In this document: positions 1-9,124 of the stretch, in pieces
How positions within the stretch are numbered: the stretch's first letter is position 1
How the letters are laid out: each line of letters begins with the position of its first letter
NCBI GenBank assembly: GCA_017469115.1
Contig: JAFUGY010000099.1
Location: forward strand, 12,079 to 76,078
Reading direction: 5' to 3'
Length of the DNA stretch: 64,000 nucleotides
Origin: Oscillospiraceae bacterium
GTDB taxonomy: Bacteria; Bacillota; Clostridia; Oscillospirales; Oscillospiraceae
Program-made: the position numbers and the translations under genes
Notes under the pieces: generated by a model
The model's input: the letters and a program-made list of their open reading frames with translations, nothing else
Told to the model about the DNA's origin: nothing
Database searches by the model: none

Positions 1-224
1 CACACTACCGTTTTTCATGCTTTTTCTCCATCAAGTATTTTTATATGAGAGTATACAGGGAAAACCGAGATCTGTAAAGGAAAACGCAAACAGAGGCTTC
101 ACTATGCGTAGGAAGTTTCAGATAGAAAGAGCTTGCTATTTTTAAAGAATAGGTTATAATGGTTAAACGGACCTAATAATTAATAGCTATTGCTAATTTA
201 ATAAACGATTCGGAGGACTACACT

Positions 225-1010
225 ATGAAAGCAGATTATAAAAACTGGGTTCCCAACGGGATGACGGCTGGGTTTGCCGCTGCCACAGCGGCGTTGGCTG
301 CAGGTGCAATGCTCGCCGGAAAAGCCCCTGTGAAGCCTGTTGTGAAAAAATCGCTTGCGGGAGCGCTTTCTCTCGGAGCAGCTGGCTGCGGCGCGTGGAC
401 GACTTGGTGTGTTTATGCTCATAACCGTTTTTCTTATGAAGGAAAGCGTAAACTCTCAAAACAGATTATCGATGGAGTAGCAAACTATATTACTCTGCCG
501 GACGGTGGAGTATGTCTGGATGTCGGGTGCGGCAGTGGTGCACTTGGTATTCAGGTGGCACTTCGAAATCCTCAGGGGAGAGTTGTCGGCATAGACCGGT
601 GGGGAGCGGAGTATGCATCCTTCAGCAAGGAGCGCTGTGAAACCAACGCGAAAGCAGAAGGTGCAGAAAACATTACCTTCCGCAAGGGCGATGCGAATCA
701 CCTGGAATTCCCGGATGGATGTTTCGATGCGGTGACGAGCAACTATGTTTATCATAACATCAGCGGTGTTGATAAACAGAAGCTGCTGCGAGAGACGTTC
801 CGTGTCCTGAAAAAAGGCGGGACCTTTGCCATTCACGATCTGATGGGGAAATCCCGCTATGGAGATATGGATCAGTTTGTAAAAGAGCTGAAAGAGGAAG
901 GCTTTGAAGAGATTCGTATGATACCTACAGCCGACGGGATGTTCATGAATAAAACAGAATCCAGGCTTATGTTCCTCAGCGATTCTATGCTGCTCGTCGG
1001 GAAAAAATAA
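225..1010 (+). CDS. class I SAM-dependent methyltransferase with hydrophobic N-terminal segment
   Basis: 261-aa ORF with GGAGG 8 nt upstream of the ATG. SAM motif I 'LDVGCGSGALG' and 'VLKKGGTFAIHD' are typical of class I methyltransferases. The N-terminal ~70 aa are hydrophobic. Confidence 0.8.
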   Translation: MKADYKNWVPNGMTAGFAAATAALAAGAMLAGKAPVKPVVKKSLAGALSLGAAGCGAWTTWCVYAHNRFSYEGKRKLSKQIIDGVANYITLPDGGVCLDVGCGSGALGIQVALRNPQGRVVGIDRWGAEYASFSKERCETNAKAEGAENITFRKGDANHLEFPDGCFDAVTSNYVYHNISGVDKQKLLRETFRVLKKGGTFAIHDLMGKSRYGDMDQFVKELKEEGFEEIRMIPTADGMFMNKTESRLMFLSDSMLLVGKK

Positions 1011-1025
1011 GAAGTTTCAATCATT

Positions 1026-1051
1026 CTGCCCCGGAAATGATTCCGGGGCAG
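1026..1051. terminator. bidirectional intrinsic terminator hairpin between convergent genes
   Basis: Perfect 11-bp stem ctgccccggaa / ttccggggcag with a 4-nt loop (atga), followed by ttcatttt. Confidence 0.75.
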
Positions 1052-1082
1052 TTCATTTTGTCGGAGGATGAGGAAGAATTGC

Positions 1083-1823
1083 TTATTGTTGAGAGCGTTT
1101 CTTCAGGAATAGTTCAAATAAAACCAGCACGATGACGATGAGAATCCCGCGTGCAAACAGAGCAGTTTGTCTGCCGTGAGTAAAGATTGCATTCATCATA
1201 CTCATGAATAATGCAATATCCAGCCCGAGGATATAGGGCAGCGGTTTGTGGTTACCGAGCAGTTTTTTAATCGGTTTGGCTCTAACGAAAAAGGGAAGAA
1301 AAACTGCAGCCAGCCCAAACAGGGAAGAACTGGCAGCAATCCAGAACCAGCTTCCATGGGTGTAGAGGCATATTACACCCAGCAATACCACAAGGCTGGC
1401 GCAAAAAGAGCAGAACATCCAGAACAGCTTATCTTCATGAACAATAATCGGCACAATGGTCAGGGAAGCTGCCACACAGAGTGAAGCCAATACGATGAAA
1501 AACCAGCCGGGTGTTGCCCCAAAAACAAAGTTGAGATACAAACAAACCAGAATTGGAATCATAAAGGAGCCAGAGATGGCTGACCCCACGGCAGCAGACC
1601 GCCGTTTGAATTGCCTGATACCGTATTCGATTACTTCATTTTTCTCATTGTGAAGATTGGTTTCAATTTCAGAACTCTGGAGCCTGTGCAGATAATCCTG
1701 GCAATCCGGACACTCCCGGAGATGCTCATCCACTGCTTCCCGGCTTTTTTCGCTGCAGGCGTTATCGGTATAGAGCGGCAGGAGATCTCTGATAACAGCA
1801 CAATCAAATTTCATTTCAGTCAC
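1083..1823 (-). CDS. membrane anti-sigma factor (zf-HC2 type)
   Basis: 246-aa ORF overlapping the upstream sigma gene by 8 nt. The N-terminus carries 'HLRECPDCQDYLHRL' (zinc-finger anti-sigma signature), followed by about six hydrophobic helices. Confidence 0.75.
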   Translation of the reverse strand: MTEMKFDCAVIRDLLPLYTDNACSEKSREAVDEHLRECPDCQDYLHRLQSSEIETNLHNEKNEVIEYGIRQFKRRSAAVGSAISGSFMIPILVCLYLNFVFGATPGWFFIVLASLCVAASLTIVPIIVHEDKLFWMFCSFCASLVVLLGVICLYTHGSWFWIAASSSLFGLAAVFLPFFVRAKPIKKLLGNHKPLPYILGLDIALFMSMMNAIFTHGRQTALFARGILIVIVLVLFELFLKKRSQQ

Positions 1824-2325
1824 GCATCCTTTCCTGTAATTTGAGCCTGGCGCGGTGATAAGTGACCCTCGCCCAGTTTTCGGTTTTGCTGAAGATCATT
1901 CCGATCTCCCGAAAACTCAATTCACCAAACACTCTCAGCTCGAATACTTCCCGGTATGGCTCTTCCAGATGATGGAGTGCCAGATGAATCCGAAAAGAGC
2001 TGTCCCGATCGGCCGTAGCCTGTTCGAGGGTATCTCCCGCTTCGGGCAGTTCTTCCGGAAACGGTTCATTTCTGCTCTGACGGCGTTTTTCATCCAGAAA
2101 GCAGTTACGCGCAATAGCACAGAGCCACGTTACTTCATCGGACTCTCCCCGGAAATCCTTGCTCCTGGAAAAAGCCCGAAAGAACGTTTCCTGTGTAATC
2201 TCCTCTGCATCTGAGCGATTTCCCGCCAACGTCATTACATAGGAAAACACCTTCATATAATAGGTTTCATAGATTTTTTCGCTGTTGTTCAGGGCCACAT
2301 TCTCACCTCCTTTTGTCATACTCAT
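1816..2325 (-). CDS. ECF-type RNA polymerase sigma-70 family factor
   Basis: Region 2 ('AEEITQETFFRAF') and region 4 HTH ('LSFREIGMIFSKTENWARVTYHRARLKL') are present. The longest ORF starts at 2325. The in-frame GTG at 2298 has a much better SD (AAGGAGGTG, 7-nt spacer) and fits the ECF promoter at 2330-2357. Confidence 0.85.
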   Translation of the reverse strand: MSMTKGGENVALNNSEKIYETYYMKVFSYVMTLAGNRSDAEEITQETFFRAFSRSKDFRGESDEVTWLCAIARNCFLDEKRRQSRNEPFPEELPEAGDTLEQATADRDSSFRIHLALHHLEEPYREVFELRVFGELSFREIGMIFSKTENWARVTYHRARLKLQERMRD

Positions 2326-2329
2326 AGAT

Positions 2330-2357
2330 TAGACGGAGAGAAAAGGTTTTCGTTACA
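2330..2357 (-). promoter_or_regulatory. ECF-type autoregulatory promoter candidate (TGTAAC-N16-CGTCTA)
   Basis: Minus strand reads TGTAAC gaaaaccttttctctc CGTCTA immediately upstream of the sigma gene. This resembles the AAC / CGT(C) ECF promoter architecture. Confidence 0.5.
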
Positions 2358-2545
2358 GGAAAAAATAAAATTTCTCAGAATTTCATTTTACAAGGATAAA
2401 AACGTAAGAAATGCCTTGCAAGGTATCCTTTCGTCCAGTACAATAGGAGAACAAACGGGCACCTGTTTCATACGGGTTCTTGACATCGATAAAAACGGGA
2501 ATAAATTTGGAAAAGCAGAAAAGGATGCTTTGAAAGGAGAAAGAA

Positions 2546-3184
2546 ATGGCATTTGATTTCAAAAAAGAATATAAAGAATTCTACATGCCGAAAAACACGC
2601 CCGGAATTGTAACGGTGCCACCCATGAACTATATCGCCGTTCGCGGGCAGGGCGATCCGAATCTGGAGGATGGTGCCTATAAACAGTCCATCGGGTTGCT
2701 GTACGGTATTGCATTTACCATCAAGATGAGCAAGATGGGCGATCACTGCATTGAGGGTTATTTTGACTATGTGGTTCCCCCGCTGGAAGGTTTCTGGTGG
2801 CAGGACGGTGTATTCGGGATTGACTACACGCATAAAGAGCAGTTCCGGTGGATCTCTGTAATCCGCCTGCCGGATTTTGTGACCGGGGATGATTTCGAAT
2901 GGGCAGTGGAAGAAGCTACCAGGAAAAAGAAGACAGACTTTTCAAAAGTGGAGTTTCTGCATTATGACGAGGGGCTGTGCGTTCAATGCATGCATATCGG
3001 CCCATATGATGAGGAACCTGAGACCGTTTCCCGTATGCATGCTTACATGGAGCAGCAGGGTTATGTGCTGGACATCACCGCTGAGCGCTTGCACCATGAG
3101 ATCTATTTGAGCGATGCCAGAAAGACTGCTCCGGAGAAGTTGAAGACGGTGATTCGCCACCCGATCAGGAGACCTGAAGCATGA
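2546..3184 (+). CDS. GyrI-like small-molecule-binding domain protein
   Basis: 212-aa ORF with AAAGGAG SD. The N-terminal 'FDFKKEYKEFYMPKNTPGIVTVPPMNYIAVRGQGDPN' and the later 'CVQCMHIGPYDEEPETV' are typical of GyrI-like/effector-binding proteins. Confidence 0.65.
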   Translation: MAFDFKKEYKEFYMPKNTPGIVTVPPMNYIAVRGQGDPNLEDGAYKQSIGLLYGIAFTIKMSKMGDHCIEGYFDYVVPPLEGFWWQDGVFGIDYTHKEQFRWISVIRLPDFVTGDDFEWAVEEATRKKKTDFSKVEFLHYDEGLCVQCMHIGPYDEEPETVSRMHAYMEQQGYVLDITAERLHHEIYLSDARKTAPEKLKTVIRHPIRRPEA

Positions 3185-4008
3185 GGGAAAGTATTTTTGA
3201 AACCCGATGTGGCGCAATTCATTACTGGGTGAATGATGGCTTTCCGGAAAACGGCATAACACTCATTTTTCTGCCGGGGCTGACTGCAGACCACCGCCTT
3301 TTTGACAAGCAGATGGAATATTTTGCGAAGAAGGTTCGTGTGTTTGTTTGGGATGCCCCAGGGCACGCTGCTTCCTGGCCTTTTGATTTTTCCTTTAACC
3401 TCATGGACAAAGCCAGCTGGCTGAATGAGATTTTCAGAAAGGAGCAGATCCGTAATCCCGTTATCATCGGGCAATCCATGGGAGGCTATGTCGGGCAGGC
3501 TTATTCACAGATGTTCCCGGATAAACTGCGAGGGTTCATCTCGATTGATTCAGCTCCTCTGCAAAGAGAATACGTGACGGCTGCAGAAATCTGGCTGCTG
3601 AAACGGATGGAGCCGGTTTATCGACACTATCCATGGAAGTGGCTTTTGCAATCCGGGACGAATGGTGTGGCTACCACTGAATATGGCAGACAGCTGATGC
3701 ATGATATTATGATGGTGTACGATGGTGATCAGGAACGATATGCAAAGATATCCGGCCATGGTTTCCGCATGTTAGCGGAAGCAATGGAAGCGGATCTGCC
3801 TTATGAACTGAAATGCCCGGCGTTGTTGATTTGCGGGGAAAAAGACCGTGCCGGTTCCTGCATTCGCTACAACAAAGCATGGCATAAGAAAACCGGAATT
3901 CCCATCCAATGGATCAGAAATGCAGGCCACAATTCCAATACCGATCAACCGGAGACAGTGAATTCTCTGATAGAACAATTTTTGGTACAGCTTTCCATGG
4001 ATACCTGA
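3181..4008 (+). CDS. alpha/beta-fold hydrolase
   Basis: 275-aa ORF overlapping the previous gene by 4 nt. It has 'FLPGLTADHRLF', the nucleophile elbow 'GQSMGG' and a C-terminal 'NAGHNSNTDQPE' His region. Confidence 0.8.
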   Translation: MRESIFETRCGAIHYWVNDGFPENGITLIFLPGLTADHRLFDKQMEYFAKKVRVFVWDAPGHAASWPFDFSFNLMDKASWLNEIFRKEQIRNPVIIGQSMGGYVGQAYSQMFPDKLRGFISIDSAPLQREYVTAAEIWLLKRMEPVYRHYPWKWLLQSGTNGVATTEYGRQLMHDIMMVYDGDQERYAKISGHGFRMLAEAMEADLPYELKCPALLICGEKDRAGSCIRYNKAWHKKTGIPIQWIRNAGHNSNTDQPETVNSLIEQFLVQLSMDT

Positions 4009-4037
4009 AAGTGACGCTTATCTTTACATAAAAACAG

Positions 4038-4079
4038 CAGCAACACCGTTTGGCCGAGTATGGTTCAGAGGTGTTGCTG
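4038..4079 (-). terminator. intrinsic terminator after the lyase pseudogene / end of ABC operon
   Basis: 10-bp stem (cagcaacacc / ggtgttgctg) with a 22-nt loop. On the minus strand it is followed by CTGTTTTTAT. Confidence 0.45.
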
Positions 4080-4122
4080 TTGTGCTATCCCCGCAACGAG
4101 GCAGATGCAGCGGCATCCGCGT

Positions 4123-5067
4123 TCATTTAACGGAAGGAGATGTTGCTTTGATTTGTTTCACAAGATCCAGCCCGATGGCTTCCGTTTCATCCAGTTCCAA
4201 CAGGCTGCGGACAAGGAACTCCGCTTCCTCTTCTGTGAAGTTGGTAAATGGGCGTCTTGCATATCCGGCGGGTATGCCTGCACACCGTAGCCATAGTTTC
4301 AAGCATGCCATCATGCTGCCGGATTTTACTCCCAACATGATAATCTGTAAGGCTTTCCGCTGCAGGATAGAAGCTGTCTGCACATCGGAATTTTTGACAG
4401 CTTTCCAGATCTTCAAGTACAGGTCAGGGATGCAGTTGTAGAACGATCCTATGATTCCATCGACACCAAGTGCTATGTTGGAAGAGCCAAGCTCGTCACA
4501 TCCACCGTAGATCTGAAAATCAGGTTTGCAGGCATCGCGAATCTGTGTGACCTCATAGAGCGCTGTCCCGGTATACTTTACGCCCTTTACGTTTTCAATT
4601 TAGGATAATCGCTCAATCATGCCAACAGTCATCATTCCGGCGAGAGGAATATTATAAACAATCATGGGCAGATCTGTAGCTTCAGCAATATCCCGATAAT
4701 AATTGAAAATCTGCTCCTCGTTAAATTTGAAGTAAAAAGGCGGAACACTGGAGATACCTGCGGCGCCTACACTTTTGGCGTGTTCAGCCAGAGCAATGGA
4801 TTCTCTCGTTGAAATTGCCCCTACATGAACGACAACCGGCAAAGCCTCGCCGACTTCATCCATGACGATTTCAACCAGACGTTTCCGCTCCTCAGAGTTC
4901 ATCAAAAATGCTTCACCGGTCGAGCCGGTAAGGTAGAGTCCACCAATCTCATAACGCATGAGATGGCGAATGAATGCTCTGGTGTCTTGCTCGTTGAGAT
5001 TCTCGTTCTTATCGAATACAGAAAGAACTGCCGGGATAACACCCTTAAAATCACGAATTGTTTTCAT
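4123..5067 (-). pseudogene. N-acetylneuraminate lyase / dihydrodipicolinate synthase (DapA/NanA) family gene interrupted by an in-frame TAA
   Basis: One reading frame of 314 codons. The N-terminal part contains 'GLYLTGSTGE' and 'YNIP'. A TAA at 4600-4602 is followed in the same frame by 'IENVKGVKYTGTAL...' (Schiff-base Lys motif GVKYT) through to the C-terminus. The start ATG overlaps the upstream stop (ATGA). Confidence 0.8.
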
Positions 5068-6101
5068 TTGGATCTCTCCGCTTTGATTCCTTTTGCTTCC
5101 AGTGCCGCCTTGACCTTGTGACAGGAGACGAAGTGGCTTACTCCGTTGATGATATATTCTTCCAAAATCGGCCGCTCTGTTTTGCATTGTTCGGCACAAT
5201 CAGGACACCTCGGATGAAATGTGCAACCGGAGGGCGGATTGGCTGGAGATGGTACATCCCCCTGAAGCGGAATACGTTTTTTCTTCTTTGTGGGGTCTGC
5301 AATGGGAATAGCGCTGAGCAAGGCTTTTGTATAAGGATGCAGAGTGTTGGCAAATAATTCTTCTGATGTTGTGAGCTCTACAATTCTGCCAAGATACATG
5401 ACGGCAATCCGATCGGCAAGATATTCTACCACCGAAAGATCATGAGTAATGAAGATATAGGTCAGCTTCCGCTCTTCTTTCAGTTTGTTGAGAAGCTTTA
5501 GAACTTGTGCTTGTATGGAAACATCCAACGCAGAGACAGCCTCATCACAGATAATCAGTTCAGGATCAACAGAAAGAGCTCTTGCAATGCCGATTCTCTG
5601 CCGCTGACCACCGGAAAATTCATTGGGGTAGCGCGTCATGTAATCGCGCGGGAGATTGACGTCTTCCAGCAGTTTACCGATCTTTTCTATACGCTCTTTT
5701 TTATCTTTGATACCAAATTTAATAAGAGGATCTTCCAAAGAACCAAATATGGTAAAAGCGGGGTTCAGAGAGGAGTATGGATCCTGAAATACGATCTGAA
5801 TTTTTTTCCTGGCATTATCGAGTTCTGTACGGGAAAGTTTTCGTAGATCCTTGTATCCATCTTCAAACTTGTACTCCATGCTGCCATCTGTAACCGGCAC
5901 TAACTGAAGGATGGATTTTCCAAGGCTCGATTTCCCGCAGCCCGATTCCCCGACGAGGCCAAGAGTCTCTCCCCGATAAACATCAAGGCTGATATCATCG
6001 ACAGCTTTTACATAGCCTACTGTTTTTTTCAGCACGCCTTTTTTGATTGGAAAATATGTTTTTGCGTTTCTGACTTTCAGAAGTATTTCTTTATTTTCCA
6101 T
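5064..6101 (-). CDS. oligopeptide/dipeptide-type ABC transporter ATP-binding protein (OppF/DppF-like)
   Basis: Walker A 'GESGCGKSS', signature 'FSGGQRQRIGIARAL', Walker B 'LIICDEAVSALD', and the C-terminal Opp-type extension 'HPYTKALL...CTFHPRCP'. Confidence 0.9.
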   Translation of the reverse strand: MENKEILLKVRNAKTYFPIKKGVLKKTVGYVKAVDDISLDVYRGETLGLVGESGCGKSSLGKSILQLVPVTDGSMEYKFEDGYKDLRKLSRTELDNARKKIQIVFQDPYSSLNPAFTIFGSLEDPLIKFGIKDKKERIEKIGKLLEDVNLPRDYMTRYPNEFSGGQRQRIGIARALSVDPELIICDEAVSALDVSIQAQVLKLLNKLKEERKLTYIFITHDLSVVEYLADRIAVMYLGRIVELTTSEELFANTLHPYTKALLSAIPIADPTKKKKRIPLQGDVPSPANPPSGCTFHPRCPDCAEQCKTERPILEEYIINGVSHFVSCHKVKAALEAKGIKAERSK

Positions 6102-7119
6102 CTTTCATCACCTCCCTGAAGTGGAAGCAGCGTGTGTAATGGCCTTCCTTAACCCATTCTTCAGACGGCATTTCTGTCTCACATCGTTCTCCGGCGTAAT
6201 CACATCGGGGGCAGAACTGACATCCTTTCGGTCGGTTGAAAGGATCCGGTGTCACACCACGGATTGGTTCAAGCTGTTGGTTTCGGCCTTTGCCGAGAAC
6301 CGGAATAGACCGCAGCAGAGCCTTGGTATAGGGGTGTGTCGGATTGGCAAACACATCTTCCACTTTTCCGTATTCCACAATGTTTCCCATGTACATAACG
6401 GCTACTTCGTCAGCCATTTCTGCCACAACGCCCATATTATGAGTGATCATCATAATTGCTGTTCCGTGGTCTCGTTTCAGGCCATTCATGAGGTCGAAAA
6501 TCTGAGCACTGATGGTTACATCCAACGCTGTGGTAGGTTCATCGGCAAGCAGTATTTTTGGTTCACAGGACATACCCATAGCAATCATTGCCCGCTGCCG
6601 CATTCCGCCGGAAAACTGGTGGGGATACTCACCGTCACGAATTTCAGCTGCAGGAATGCCCATTTCAGCGAGATCCTGAATGGATTCCTGTTTGAGCTGT
6701 TGCTTTGTTAACCCTGGTTTGTGTTCTTTAATGATTTCCCGGATCTGATGTCCAACAGTATAAACCGGGTTTAAAGCAGTCATCGGATCCTGAAAGATAA
6801 TGGCGATATCTTTTCCTCTCAGGCTTCGCATCTCTTTGCCGTTTTTCTCAAGCTGGTCAAGGCGAACTTCAGTGCCGTCTTCTTTGTAATAAGTGATGGA
6901 TCCGGATTCAATACGGGAAAGGTCCGGAAGCAACCGTAGAATAGAGTTGGCAGTGACCGATTTCCCACATCCCGATTCCCCTACAATACAAAGGGTTCTG
7001 CCTCTGCGAATGTCAAAACTGACACCTCTGAGAACATTATTGCATCTTTGATTGGTATAGAAGCTGACATGCAGATCCTTTACTCGCAAAACAACGTCAT
7101 TATTATTGTTTTCTGGCAT
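6091..7119 (-). CDS. oligopeptide/dipeptide-type ABC transporter ATP-binding protein (OppD/DppD-like)
   Basis: Walker A 'GESGCGKSV', 'FSGGMRQRAMIAM', 'LLADEPTTALD' and 'HPYTKALL...CQFCPRC'. Confidence 0.9.
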   Translation of the reverse strand: MPENNNNDVVLRVKDLHVSFYTNQRCNNVLRGVSFDIRRGRTLCIVGESGCGKSVTANSILRLLPDLSRIESGSITYYKEDGTEVRLDQLEKNGKEMRSLRGKDIAIIFQDPMTALNPVYTVGHQIREIIKEHKPGLTKQQLKQESIQDLAEMGIPAAEIRDGEYPHQFSGGMRQRAMIAMGMSCEPKILLADEPTTALDVTISAQIFDLMNGLKRDHGTAIMMITHNMGVVAEMADEVAVMYMGNIVEYGKVEDVFANPTHPYTKALLRSIPVLGKGRNQQLEPIRGVTPDPFNRPKGCQFCPRCDYAGERCETEMPSEEWVKEGHYTRCFHFREVMKDGK

Positions 7120-7131
7120 GTTTCTCCCTCC

Positions 7132-8079
7132 TTAACCGATCTGCGTCGGGTCGCTTGCATCACGCAGCCCATCGCCGATGAAGTTGATTGACAAAACGAA
7201 TAGGATCAACATGATGGCACACGGCAGCCACATCCACCAATATCCGAGCCAGTCATAACGAATCACACCTGCATTTGTGATGACATTGATAATGTTACCC
7301 CACGTGGCAATTTCCTGTGGTACGCCATAGCCGAGCACGGAAAGAGACGCTTCCTGAAGAATGAACATGGCGGTAGAAAGCGTAATGTTGACAACAATCG
7401 GCCCTACCGTATTGGGGAGCATATGTTTAAAGGCGATTTTCAGATCAGAAATCCCAAAGGCACGCAGAGCCTGAACAAACTCCTCTTCTTTGAGCGAGAG
7501 TACTTTGCTCCTTGCCATACGGTACATGCTTGGCCACCCGGTCAGAATGAAAATGATAATCATATTGTTCAGGCTTTGACCGACGAGAGCCACAATGATG
7601 ATGATCAGAACCATCTGCGGGAAGGATAGAAAAACGTCAGATATTTTCAGAATAATAGCATCCAGCCAACCACCCTTATAACCAACAAACATACCGAGAG
7701 AAACACCGATGAGGGCAGCCCCGAGGGCGCTCCCGAGACCGACGATTATACTGATTCGCCCACCATACAGCATTCTCGACCAGATATCACGCCCCATCTG
7801 ATCAGTGCCAAAAAGATGTTCTGCACATGGCCCAATCATCCTTTCACGCAGACTGATTTGTGTTGGTGCCCATTTTGTAAAGAGCGGAGCTGCAAAGCAC
7901 AAAATACATATAACAACAAACATAACAGCACCGAATACGGCCAGCTTGTTTGCCATCAGTTTCCGAAGTGTACGGTTTGTCAGTTTCGTACCGAGCTTTC
8001 CGCTTTCCTCCAGCGCCCGGATTTTATCCATTTTCCGGTCGAGTGCTGTTCTTCTGATCCCTTTACTGATACTACTCAT
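7132..8079 (-). CDS. ABC transporter permease (OppC/DppC-like)
   Basis: 315 aa with multiple TM helices. It has the N-terminal OppC-type extension and a BPD-transporter EAA-like region 'EEFVQALRAFGISDLKIAFKHMLPN'. Confidence 0.88.
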   Translation of the reverse strand: MSSISKGIRRTALDRKMDKIRALEESGKLGTKLTNRTLRKLMANKLAVFGAVMFVVICILCFAAPLFTKWAPTQISLRERMIGPCAEHLFGTDQMGRDIWSRMLYGGRISIIVGLGSALGAALIGVSLGMFVGYKGGWLDAIILKISDVFLSFPQMVLIIIIVALVGQSLNNMIIIFILTGWPSMYRMARSKVLSLKEEEFVQALRAFGISDLKIAFKHMLPNTVGPIVVNITLSTAMFILQEASLSVLGYGVPQEIATWGNIINVITNAGVIRYDWLGYWWMWLPCAIMLILFVLSINFIGDGLRDASDPTQIG

Positions 8080-9026
8080 GACAGTTTCACCCTCGGATCC
8101 AACACTGCTGTAAATATATCTACAAGCAGGCTTGACAGCAACACCAACAGTACCATGAAGAGACCGACCGACATGATAATCGGGGTATTCTGCGTTTTCA
8201 CGGCATCAGTAAACCATCTGCCGACACCCGGCCACTGAAAGATGTTCTCAATTACTATGGAGCCGCTAATCAGCATCGGGAGACGAAAACCGATCAGCAC
8301 CATCACCGGAGTACAGGCGACACGGAATCCGTGGAAGAGGTTTACTTTCCACTCCGGCAACCCTTTTGCTCTGGCTGTTTTGACATAGTCCCGATTCATC
8401 GAGTCCAACATACTGGAGCGGGAATACCGCATAACACCGGCGGTCATGGAGATACCAAGTACAAATGCCGGCAGAAACAGATGATGCAGCTCGTCCCCAA
8501 GGCCTCCCGTTCCTCTCTGCCCGACAGGAAACCACTTGAGGTTAAGGCAGAAGATGATGATACAGAACACACCAAATAGAAATTGTGGGATTGCTACACC
8601 GATCATGCCTGCAATTGTCAACAGGTTGTCAGACAGCCGCCCCTTACGCAGTGCAGAAATCACACCAAGCAGAATACCCAACACTGTGGAGATAAACAGC
8701 GCTGCAAGGGAAAGCTCAATTGTTGCGGGAAGCTTTTGCATCATCAATTCGCCTACCGGCATATTATTCTGCAGAGAATAGCCGAGATCACCTTTGCAGA
8801 TATCTTTAAGCCAGTTGAAATAACGCACGATCATTGGCCCGTCCAGACCTTTTGCGGCTTTGAAAGCGTCAACCTGCTCCGGCGTCATCTCTGCAAGCTG
8901 ATCCATCGGGATCAGAAAATCCATCACGTCGCCGGGCATTAATTCCACGCCGAGATAAATCAAAAAAGTGATGATCAACAGCATTGGAATCATGCTCAAC
9001 AGCTTCCGGATGATATAATTCAGCAT
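8076..9026 (-). CDS. ABC transporter permease (OppB/DppB-like)
   Basis: 316 aa with the OppB-type start 'MLNYIIRKLLSMIPMLLIITFLIY' and the EAA region 'DYVKTARAKGLPEWKVNLFHGFR'. It overlaps the next gene by 4 nt. Confidence 0.88.
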   Translation of the reverse strand: MLNYIIRKLLSMIPMLLIITFLIYLGVELMPGDVMDFLIPMDQLAEMTPEQVDAFKAAKGLDGPMIVRYFNWLKDICKGDLGYSLQNNMPVGELMMQKLPATIELSLAALFISTVLGILLGVISALRKGRLSDNLLTIAGMIGVAIPQFLFGVFCIIIFCLNLKWFPVGQRGTGGLGDELHHLFLPAFVLGISMTAGVMRYSRSSMLDSMNRDYVKTARAKGLPEWKVNLFHGFRVACTPVMVLIGFRLPMLISGSIVIENIFQWPGVGRWFTDAVKTQNTPIIMSVGLFMVLLVLLSSLLVDIFTAVLDPRVKLS

Positions 9027-9060
9027 AGCCGTGCTCCTTTCTTGTCAGGATATAAAACAA

Positions 9061-9086
9061 GGGGCTATCCTGTAGGAGATAGCCCC
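9061..9086 (-). terminator. intra-operon hairpin (partial terminator/stabiliser) between binding-protein and permease genes
   Basis: 9-bp perfect stem ggggctatc / gatagcccc with an 8-nt loop. On the minus strand it is followed by CTTGTTTTAT. Confidence 0.5.
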
Positions 9087-9124
9087 GATATTGCGGGATT
9101 GTAAATATCCAGGCCGGTAATTGA

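Noticed and set aside
1-18. Possible 5' end of a minus-strand gene (ATG at 18-16 preceded by GGAGAAAAAGC) running off the window.
   Set aside because: Only six codons are visible, which is too little to support a feature.
4060-4441. Plus-strand ORFs of 76 and 119 aa.
   Set aside because: They are antisense to the C-terminal part of the NanA/DapA-family pseudogene, Cys/Arg/Ser-rich, and have no SD.
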